Shown here piece by piece: positions 38,107 through 44,545 of a DNA stretch of 64,000 bases (position 1 is the first letter of the stretch; each line of letters begins with the position of its first letter). The notes beneath the pieces are model-generated. The model had not been told where the DNA came from and made no database searches. It worked only from the letters and a program-made list of their open reading frames with translations. Position numbers and translations under genes: made by a program. This stretch comes from Rhodospirillaceae bacterium (GTDB lineage Bacteria; Pseudomonadota; Gammaproteobacteria; Steroidobacterales; Rariloculaceae): assembly GCA_024638465.1 (NCBI GenBank), contig JAHEKF010000006.1, positions 10,777 through 74,776 of the forward strand. The letters are read 5' to 3'.

Positions 38107-38134
38107 GTTTCCGCGGAAACAATTTCTAGAAATT
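38107..38134. repeat. two abutting perfect 14-bp palindromes
   Basis: GTTTCCGCGGAAAC is immediately followed by AATTTCTAGAAATT. They begin 2 nt after the ModF-like stop, at the left edge of the low-GC island. Confidence 0.6.
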
Positions 38135-38167
38135 GCTTTAACTTCGGTTGCTAAACGGGTCGGGGCT

Positions 38168-38191
38168 GCTTCTGGCCGCCGGCAAACGTTC
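38168..38191 (+). repeat. island repeat copy A
   Basis: GCTTCTGGCCGCCGGCAAACGTTC. The core GCTTYTGGCCG is exact. 63 nt after the ModF-like stop. Confidence 0.7.
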
Positions 38192-38332
38192 GCGATGCCA
38201 ATTTGTGTGGCGTGATCTGCACAATATGTGTAGCCTGACTCAACAAGTCGAGGGTCAAGACTGTCGAACCGATCGTGGCGATCATGGCTCTCGGACACGC
38301 AAACCGTTTTGGCGACATGACTCTGGAGACTT

Positions 38333-38887
38333 ATGGTTTTTCCAAGAGTCGAAATATATACCTACGCCATCGATGAATCCGACTTGATCGAATTCGTTGA
38401 TGATGCCTGGTTAGCATTTGCGCGAGATAACGGTGCAGCTGAACTGACTCGCGACTCAGTTATTGGAAGGAGATTGTGGGATTTCATTGACGGCTCGGGT
38501 ACTCGACACTTCTATCGCGCGTTGTTCGAACGAATCAGGCTCGAGCAGTTAGAGACCGTTATCCCCTTTCGCTGCGACTCTCCGGAGCTGCAACGCTGGA
38601 TGGAGCTGCGTGTGCTCGGTGCTTCGAAGGGCCGGATAGAGTTCAGTGGACGCCTCTTGCGGGCAGAAAAACAACTTCACGTGCCTCTAATCAACTCATT
38701 GCTCGCCGGCCCGAAGCAGCGGTTTTCGATATGCAGTTTGTGTAGGCGAGTTCACGCGTTTGGCGAGTGGTTGGAGCCAGAAGTGGCGATGCAGCGGTTT
38801 CATGTGTTTGAGACAGTCCATGAACCGGCAGTCGAGCATCTTGTCTGCGATCAGTGCGCAGAACTCCTTGGCAATGCGCATGCGTAG
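38333..38887 (+). CDS. hypothetical protein; PAS-like N-terminal part plus C-terminal CxxC...CxxC
   Basis: 184-aa ORF in a low-GC stretch. The C-terminal ICSLCRRV...VCDQCAELL suggests a Zn-ribbon. I recognised no family. Confidence 0.6.
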   Translation: MVFPRVEIYTYAIDESDLIEFVDDAWLAFARDNGAAELTRDSVIGRRLWDFIDGSGTRHFYRALFERIRLEQLETVIPFRCDSPELQRWMELRVLGASKGRIEFSGRLLRAEKQLHVPLINSLLAGPKQRFSICSLCRRVHAFGEWLEPEVAMQRFHVFETVHEPAVEHLVCDQCAELLGNAHA

Positions 38888-38917
38888 TTGAGCGATAGCA
38901 GATATGGACGAGCAGCC

Positions 38918-38941
38918 GCTTTTGGCCGCAAGGATCCGTAA
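38918..38941 (+). repeat. island repeat copy B
   Basis: GCTTTTGGCCGCAAGGATCCGTAA. 31 nt after the stop of gene 38333..38887. Confidence 0.7.
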
Positions 38942-38987
38942 ACGAACAGTTAATATGCACGGAGCTGCATAAGCTGGGGGACAAGAA

Positions 38988-39464
38988 TTGAAGAAGCTCG
39001 ACTTCGGACAGGTCATCGGAATACTTGCGAATCTAGGCGTTATTGCGGGAATAGTATTTCTAGCTGTCGAGCTGCGGCAGAACAATGAACTGCTGATCGC
39101 AGAGGCGAGAGCTATGCGAACGAATCTCAGACAAGCAGACACCACTCTTGTCCTTGAGAACCCGGATCTGGGTCGTGCTCTGATAAAGCACAGGAACGAC
39201 GAGCAGCTGTCACAGTACGAGATCCAGTTGGTCAACCTGTACGTCGACTTCGTTCTTATCAATTTTCAGAACGCATATCTCGACTCCGTACGGGGATTAT
39301 CTGATTACGAGGACATTCCGGTCGAAGCCTGGAGAAAGAACTTCGGTCAGGATCCGTTGCCCTACGGATGGGTTCACATGCTCGACTACTGGCGAGAAAC
39401 CAGAGGTTTGGGTGGCTGGGACGAGGGATTTGTTGAATGGATGGAAGAAACCATAATTGAGTAA
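38988..39464 (+). CDS. hypothetical protein with N-terminal TM anchor
   Basis: 158 aa with a TTG start, one hydrophobic helix (VIGILANLGVIAGIVFLAV) and a helical soluble part. Its stop codon abuts repeat copy C. Confidence 0.55.
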   Translation: MKKLDFGQVIGILANLGVIAGIVFLAVELRQNNELLIAEARAMRTNLRQADTTLVLENPDLGRALIKHRNDEQLSQYEIQLVNLYVDFVLINFQNAYLDSVRGLSDYEDIPVEAWRKNFGQDPLPYGWVHMLDYWRETRGLGGWDEGFVEWMEETIIE

Positions 39465-39478
39465 CGTCAGGCACGGCC

Positions 39479-39502
39479 GCTTCTGGCCGGAGGCGGCCGT
39501 CT
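39479..39502 (+). repeat. island repeat copy C (centre of a 44-nt hairpin, 39464-39507)
   Basis: GCTTCTGGCCGGAGGCGGCCGTCT. The flanking arms ACGTCAG[GC]ACGGCCGC / GCGGCCGTCTGGCGT pair around it. 15 nt after the stop at 39464. Confidence 0.75.
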
Positions 39503-39591
39503 GGCGTGAGTAAATTTCTAGGGTGAATGGCAGTTGCTCGGGGTCCACGTCAATATCGGCCTCGAGCGTAGACGAAAAAGGGGGAGATAAA

Positions 39592-40338
39592 GTGGAAAGC
39601 AGCTCTTCGCTAATGACCTCAGCATTGCCAACCCGCGGTATGACATTGCGGCGAAAATTCTATGTAGCGTTGGCCATTCTGATGACGTTGACAGTAATCG
39701 TCGGTTTCTGGCCGTCGTACTATGGTCCGCTGACTCAAGGTGCGACGCAGGTTTCCTGGATTCTGCATTTTCACGGTGTCATTTACATGGGCTGGATGGG
39801 GCTGTTCATTACGCAGACGGTGCTTGCGGCAAGCGGTAGGGTTAGAGCGCATCGTTCAGTCGGATCGATTGGTATCGGTTACGGGATCGCTGTCTTGATC
39901 GTAGGCGTGATTGTGAGCTTTGCCGCGCCCATCATGCACGTGAATGCCGGAGAGTGGACTATCGACCAGGCCGCGGCTTTCCTTCCGATTCCGCTCGGAG
40001 ATATGGTGTTGTTTGGTGGCTTGTTTGGGGCAGCGATCGCATACCGTCAGAAATCGGAGATTCATAAGCGTTTGATGCTTTTGGCGACAGTTGCGCTATT
40101 GTTCGCTGCCGTATTTCGGCTGAACGCAGCCGGGTGGGCATCGTTGCCCGCGGCGATCTTCCTCTGGTACGTCCCAGTGATTCTCGGTATAGCGTACGAT
40201 GGTTTACGGCAGGGGCGTGTTCACCCCGTGTATTGGATAGGCGCCGCCGCTATGGGAATCTCGCTGTTGAAATTACCGCTAGGAACCACTGGTTTCTGGC
40301 TTGGTTTCGGTGGGCGGCTTATCGAGTCCTTAAGCTGA
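39592..40338 (+). CDS. hypothetical multi-pass membrane protein
   Basis: GTG 39592 follows a GGGGGAG Shine-Dalgarno; the track ORF starts at 39523. There are about 6-7 hydrophobic segments, with conserved-looking HFHGVIYMGW. Confidence 0.65.
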   Translation: MESSSSLMTSALPTRGMTLRRKFYVALAILMTLTVIVGFWPSYYGPLTQGATQVSWILHFHGVIYMGWMGLFITQTVLAASGRVRAHRSVGSIGIGYGIAVLIVGVIVSFAAPIMHVNAGEWTIDQAAAFLPIPLGDMVLFGGLFGAAIAYRQKSEIHKRLMLLATVALLFAAVFRLNAAGWASLPAAIFLWYVPVILGIAYDGLRQGRVHPVYWIGAAAMGISLLKLPLGTTGFWLGFGGRLIESLS

Positions 40339-40353
40339 GGGAGCGTAATCTCT

Positions 40354-40377
40354 GCTTTTGGCCGGAAGAAGCCGTAG
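40354..40377 (+). repeat. island repeat copy D
   Basis: GCTTTTGGCCGGAAGAAGCCGTAG. Imperfect arms (CTCTGCTTTT / AAGAAGC-cgt-AGAG) surround GGCCGG. 16 nt after the stop at 40338. Confidence 0.75.
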
Positions 40378-40435
40378 AGGTCGGGTCGATGCTTATTGCA
40401 CAGAGCTAGCTTTTGTCTAGTGGCGAAGTGAGATA

Positions 40436-40987
40436 GTGCTGTACGCGGCGTATGGATCTAATTTACACCCTGCTCGGCTAGGGAGGCGTTTGCCTTCAGC
40501 CACTCTCTTGGGAAAGGGTGTCGTTTCCAATCGAACGCTACGGTTTCATAAGCGTGGCAAGGATGGTTCTGCGAAGTGCGACATTATTCCCGGAAAGGAC
40601 AAGGTCTTTGTGGCTGTTTATAGAATCGGCCCTCGTGAGAAAGCCCGGTTGGATCGAATCGAAGGTAGAGGAATCGGCTATGTAGTCGAGTCTCTCAACG
40701 TGCCGAGTTATGGCGAGTGTTTCACATACGTCGCCATCGATACTCATGTTGACGAATTTCTCAAGCCTTTTTCTTGGTACAAGGAACTCGTTGTCATAGG
40801 AAGCGAATATCTGCAGTTTCCTCGGCACTACGTGAATCGGATCGCGTCGCATCAGTCGGTGGATGACCCGAATGCTGAACGGCATGCCGAACAGATGAGA
40901 ATCGTTCACTGGGCAAAACGCGGGATGAAACTCGGCGCCCAAAATACGACTGCTTCTGGCCGGGGGAAGTCACCTGTTAAAAGTTGA
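40436..40987 (+). CDS. gamma-glutamylcyclotransferase (AIG2/GGCT-like) family protein
   Basis: The N-terminal LYAAYGSNLHPARL is the YGSNL hallmark of the GGCT fold. GTG start. The 3' tail reads through repeat copy E. Confidence 0.7.
   Translation: MLYAAYGSNLHPARLGRRLPSATLLGKGVVSNRTLRFHKRGKDGSAKCDIIPGKDKVFVAVYRIGPREKARLDRIEGRGIGYVVESLNVPSYGECFTYVAIDTHVDEFLKPFSWYKELVVIGSEYLQFPRHYVNRIASHQSVDDPNAERHAEQMRIVHWAKRGMKLGAQNTTASGRGKSPVKS
40952..40975 (+). repeat. island repeat copy E (inside the 3' end of the GGCT-like ORF)
   Basis: GCTTCTGGCCGGGGGAAGTCACCT. The arms GACT[GC]TTC / GGGAAGTC pair. Confidence 0.7.
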
Positions 40988-41121
40988 CTTGCAAGCCGAC
41001 GCGCATGTGCGGACCACGGCCCCATCTATCTTGTAGCGCGGCGAGGAAAGGCTCATCCTCCGCGATAGGAGAACGGTTTAATCGGTCTGCAGTTCTTTGT
41101 GTAGCCCGATGGAGGTCATCT

Positions 41122-41616
41122 GTGACAATAATTCGACACGCGATCATAGCGTCAGCAATGACTGCAGCGGCCTGTTCACCGCCTTCCCCGGATACGAGTC
41201 GAACAGAATCCGCGGGCCCACCCGCTCCTGCTCAGGTCGCGGCATTGATCTCGGCCGCCGTGCCGGACGTCACCATCACGAGCGGCGAGCTCAGCGCCGG
41301 CAACGATCAGTACGAAGTTACTGGCACGTTGCCGAACGGCGACGAGATCGAGATCGACATAGTGCGGTCCGATGGTGAGTGGGCCGTCCAGGAGATCCAG
41401 CGCGATGTCGAGTGGTCGTCCGTGCCCGGGCCTGTCCGTGCGGCAGCTGCCGCCGCACCGGGTTCGTTTGAGCCGGTTCGCGTCATCGAGAGCTTGCAGA
41501 CGGCTGACGGCTCGGTCGTCTATGAATTGTTTCGGCAGGCAGCCGGCTCGGGCGCCTCGCGCGGTCCAGCGATGGAGGTGCGCTGGTTTGAAGGTACAGC
41601 AGAGGTGATACCTTGA
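41122..41616 (+). CDS. PepSY-like lipoprotein
   Basis: GTG 41122 lies 6 nt after GGAGG. It has the lipobox-like ASAMTAAAC|S and two YEV/YEL-type PepSY-like half-domains (DQYEVTGTLPNGDEIEIDI; GSVVYELF). The track ORF from 40984 is over-extended. Confidence 0.65.
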   Translation: MTIIRHAIIASAMTAAACSPPSPDTSRTESAGPPAPAQVAALISAAVPDVTITSGELSAGNDQYEVTGTLPNGDEIEIDIVRSDGEWAVQEIQRDVEWSSVPGPVRAAAAAAPGSFEPVRVIESLQTADGSVVYELFRQAAGSGASRGPAMEVRWFEGTAEVIP

Positions 41617-41672
41617 ATAACGACAAACACCTCTGCGATACCCAACGTCCGATCGTCCGAATGGATACGCAA

Positions 41673-41698
41673 GCTTCCAGCCAGCTGGGGTCGTAGAG
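41673..41698 (+). repeat. island repeat copy F (degenerate)
   Basis: GCTTCCAGCCAGCTGGGGTCGTAGAG. It shares GCTTC and CGTAGAG at the same offset as copy D. 57 nt after the stop at 41616. Confidence 0.45.
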
Positions 41699-41706
41699 CG
41701 GAAGGC

Positions 41707-42231
41707 TTGAAATTGAACCCATCCGGGAACCTGAAAACGCTTACCAACTACAAGGCCTGGGCCAATAGGCGCCTTTATCGAGCCCTTGACGGTATTTCAG
41801 ACGATGCGCTTGCCGCGAATCGGGCGACGCGGCTCGGAAGCATTTTGACGACGCTGAATCACTCGTACGCGATGGATCTTGTCTGGCAAGCGCATCTGGA
41901 GAGTCGCCCACACGGTTTTTCGACCAGGCGTCCGATTCTGTTCACCGCACTCGACGAACTGTGTTCTGCTCAGACGACGATCGACCAATGGTATGTCGAA
42001 TACGCCGCCGAACTGGAACCAGCGCAGGCAAAAGAAGTAGTCCCGTTCGAATTCATCGACGGAGGCCATGGAGACATCACTCGCGGCGAGATCGTGTTCC
42101 ATGTCGTGAACCATGCAACGTATCACCGAGGACACGTCACCGACGCGATGCTGCAGATTCCCATGCGACCGCCCGTGACCGACTTCCCGGTCTTTCTTCG
42201 CGACGAATCCTGCGATCAGCCCGCGCGGTGA
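41707..42231 (+). CDS. DinB-family (four-helix-bundle metal-dependent) protein
   Basis: Contains NYKAWANRRLY...LNHSYAMDLVW...HVVNHATYHRGH, the DinB/YfiT His-triad pattern. TTG start. Confidence 0.75.
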   Translation: MKLNPSGNLKTLTNYKAWANRRLYRALDGISDDALAANRATRLGSILTTLNHSYAMDLVWQAHLESRPHGFSTRRPILFTALDELCSAQTTIDQWYVEYAAELEPAQAKEVVPFEFIDGGHGDITRGEIVFHVVNHATYHRGHVTDAMLQIPMRPPVTDFPVFLRDESCDQPAR

Positions 42232-42265
42232 TCTCGCAGCGGTCACGAATCGCGAGAGCGCGGAA

Positions 42266-42289
42266 TCTGGCGAAGAAGGTAATTCCGTA
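42266..42289 (+). repeat. island repeat copy G (weak/degenerate)
   Basis: TCTGGCGAAGAAGGtaattCCGTA resembles the right half of copy D with a 5-nt insertion. 35 nt after the DinB-family stop. Confidence 0.3.
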
Positions 42290-42468
42290 TCCATCCTGGA
42301 CATCGAGAGAGAGATCGACGGGGGCGCGGATGCCGAAGTGGCGCGTATCGTCGTCGGAACAGACGATGCCCAGTCGCAACGGTTACCGGCGTTGGAGATG
42401 AGCCATATCTATTGGATGTTACCCGCGCGACGGTTGCCGACTGGATGGACAGATTAGCCAGGATCAGG

Positions 42469-42834
42469 CTAATTCATCCGCAAGGCTTTTAACTTTCGCG
42501 TGTGATGGAAGTAGTCCTCGGGTGAATCGTCGGTCTCTTCCTTCGGAGGCTCGTACCTGAACCTGCCGGTCGCCATATCGGCTAATTCTTCGAGTGTTCT
42601 TCTCTCTGTCAATGCACTGATCGGCAGCACATATTCATGGATTTGCGCTGCATCGTATTCTTGCTCGTCGGTATCGGACGGGTCTGCCTCTTCCGGATTC
42701 GAGGGCTCCCGCAACTCGTTCATCAGGAACTCGATAATTTCACTCGAGTCCAGTAGCGCGGCATCGTCGTCGGTCGCAGCGGGCGATTCCTCTCTCTCGT
42801 TCCGTTCGCGCTGCTCTTTCTTGATCTCGCTCAT
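42469..42834 (-). CDS. hypothetical highly acidic protein (121 aa, about 28% Asp+Glu)
   Basis: ORF with an ATG start. The composition was counted by hand from the track translation. No recognisable family. Confidence 0.5.
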   Translation of the reverse strand: MSEIKKEQRERNEREESPAATDDDAALLDSSEIIEFLMNELREPSNPEEADPSDTDEQEYDAAQIHEYVLPISALTERRTLEELADMATGRFRYEPPKEETDDSPEDYFHHTRKLKALRMN

Positions 42835-42886
42835 GTTGCCGTGGTGACAGAAACGACGCCTTGGGTGAATTTACCGGGCCGAAGAA

Positions 42887-43108
42887 CTACTTGAGCCCGA
42901 CCCAATGAAGAAGCTGCCGCCACCAGGGCCTGCGATCTCGCGTCGACAGTTTCTCCTGGTCATCCGCGGCGTCGTTCTCGAGCCTGTCCAGGATGTCCCT
43001 CGCCGACAGTACCTGCGCGGTCGTGGTCAGGTCGCTTTCGACGGGTTCTTCGTCGAAGGCGCTGTCAGCATCAGGAATAGCCATCGCGCGACGATAGCGC
43101 CGGCGCAT
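42887..43108 (-). CDS. hypothetical small protein (65-73 aa)
   Basis: ORF upstream of, and co-oriented with, the acidic protein gene. It has an acidic N-terminal half and a basic/aromatic tail (RRPWWRQLLHWVGLK). The start is either 43108 or 43084. Confidence 0.4.
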   Translation of the reverse strand: MRRRYRRAMAIPDADSAFDEEPVESDLTTTAQVLSARDILDRLENDAADDQEKLSTRDRRPWWRQLLHWVGLK

Positions 43109-43224
43109 CGCGGCATTCTGTGAGCTGGATCACGGTCCGGTGAATAGAGGAATTACGTCACATTCCGGTTTTACCGAATGCCCGGGTTTGGGGAGATTCG
43201 GCCACGTAGCGCACCGATTTGAGC

Positions 43225-43242
43225 GGAATTCAGACGAATTCC
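43225..43242. promoter_or_regulatory. perfect inverted repeat GGAATTC-agac-GAATTCC (candidate operator)
   Basis: Read directly from the sequence. It lies 75 nt upstream of the DUF6152-like gene start, in a 208-nt divergent spacer. Confidence 0.35.
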
Positions 43243-43316
43243 AGCCGATTTCTGCTCGAATAAAGCCCTGAACTCGGTAGAATCAGATCAGACATCGCCA
43301 TTCGAGAGGCACCCCC

Positions 43317-43703
43317 GTGGCGCACAAACGACTGTCCATATTGGTTCTCGGTTTAGGCCTTGCGCTCTTCGACCATCCAGCGCAAGCGCATCATTCCGAG
43401 CTGGCCGAGTTCGATCCGAACCAGCCTGTCAGCGTGACGGGCATACTGCGCAAGGTCGAGTGGCAAAACCCGCACGTCTGGTTTTTCGTGGATGTAACGG
43501 AAGCAGACGGCACGGTGACCACCTGGGGCTTTTCGACGTCGCCGCCGGGATCATTGATGCGACGAGGGGTCACGAAAGATGCGATGCGGATCGGCGCCGT
43601 AGTCAACGTCGAAGGCTCACGCGCGCGCGACGGGTCTAACCACTCATCGACACGGCGATTCACGTTCGAAGACGGTACCGCCGTGCTCGCACGACCGGAA
43701 TAA
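43317..43703 (+). CDS. secreted DUF6152-like protein
   Basis: The signal peptide ends AQA, so the mature N-terminus is HHSELAEFD. The sequence VEWQNPHVWFFVDV...TWGF...PGSLMRRG resembles the DUF6152 family, recalled from memory. GTG start. Confidence 0.7.
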   Translation: MAHKRLSILVLGLGLALFDHPAQAHHSELAEFDPNQPVSVTGILRKVEWQNPHVWFFVDVTEADGTVTTWGFSTSPPGSLMRRGVTKDAMRIGAVVNVEGSRARDGSNHSSTRRFTFEDGTAVLARPE

Positions 43704-43720
43704 CGAGAGGGAGGACAACA

Positions 43721-44491
43721 ATGCGCAAACAGTGGATCGGCTCGGTAATCGTGCTGGCGGCGATACTGCTCGGGGGGCCCTCGCAGGCACAGTCTGAGCA
43801 GGAAGTGCCGCGAATGGCGGACGGCAAGCCGGATTTTTCCGGAATCTACACACCTCCGGCCACGGTCAATGGAACCGGCCCACGCGGCAACCTGATCTTC
43901 AACGAGCCTAATCTGGCTCCGGTGAAACCCGGCGCAGAGAGTCTGCTTTATATTCCACGTACCGGCGATGCGCGGATCGATGAACCACGCGCGATGTGCC
44001 TGCCGGCGGGATTCCCGTCCGGGATGCTTTACATCCTGCCCATCCAGTTTATCCAGAATCCGGACTACCTTGTCATTATTCCGGAACTACAGCGTGCGGC
44101 TCGAATCATTCCGACGGACGGGCGTCCGCACCGCGAAGGGCTCGAGCCATCGTATTACGGCGATTCCGTCGGGCACTGGGAAGACGACACACTGGTCATC
44201 GAGACTGTCAATTTCAAACGCTGGATCCTCGACGACTACCACTACACGGACCCGACAAAGAGCCGCTGGCATAGCGATGCGATGACGACGACCGAACGCT
44301 TGCGCCGTGTGGGCAACACACTCGAGTACCAGATCACAATCGACGACCCGAAGATTTTCGAGCATCCCTGGTCGCAGGATTTCGAGCTGACGCTGCGACC
44401 GGACTGGGAGCCGCTGGGCCTGCTCGAGTATGCCTGCGAGGCAGGCAATCGCTGCGCCGGTGGCGACTGTAGCGGAGATGCTCCGCCTTAG
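43721..44491 (+). CDS. secreted hypothetical protein (frequent partner of DUF6152-type genes)
   Basis: 256 aa with a signal peptide (VLAAILLGGPSQAQ). It begins 17 nt after the preceding gene. I recognised no family. Confidence 0.7.
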   Translation: MRKQWIGSVIVLAAILLGGPSQAQSEQEVPRMADGKPDFSGIYTPPATVNGTGPRGNLIFNEPNLAPVKPGAESLLYIPRTGDARIDEPRAMCLPAGFPSGMLYILPIQFIQNPDYLVIIPELQRAARIIPTDGRPHREGLEPSYYGDSVGHWEDDTLVIETVNFKRWILDDYHYTDPTKSRWHSDAMTTTERLRRVGNTLEYQITIDDPKIFEHPWSQDFELTLRPDWEPLGLLEYACEAGNRCAGGDCSGDAPP

Positions 44492-44545
44492 AGGCTTTGT
44501 CCTGCGAGTACCTCGAATCACACCGACCGAGTTTCACTTCGAGAC

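Noticed and set aside
38106-42468. A canonical integron cassette array (attC sites) or an integron.
   Set aside because: I could not find paired RYYYAAC / GTTRRRY boxes flanking the repeats in either orientation. The best hairpin (44 nt) is shorter than known attC sites, and its G-T pairs favour the top strand or RNA. No intI or attI is in the window. I kept it only as an analogy in the findings.
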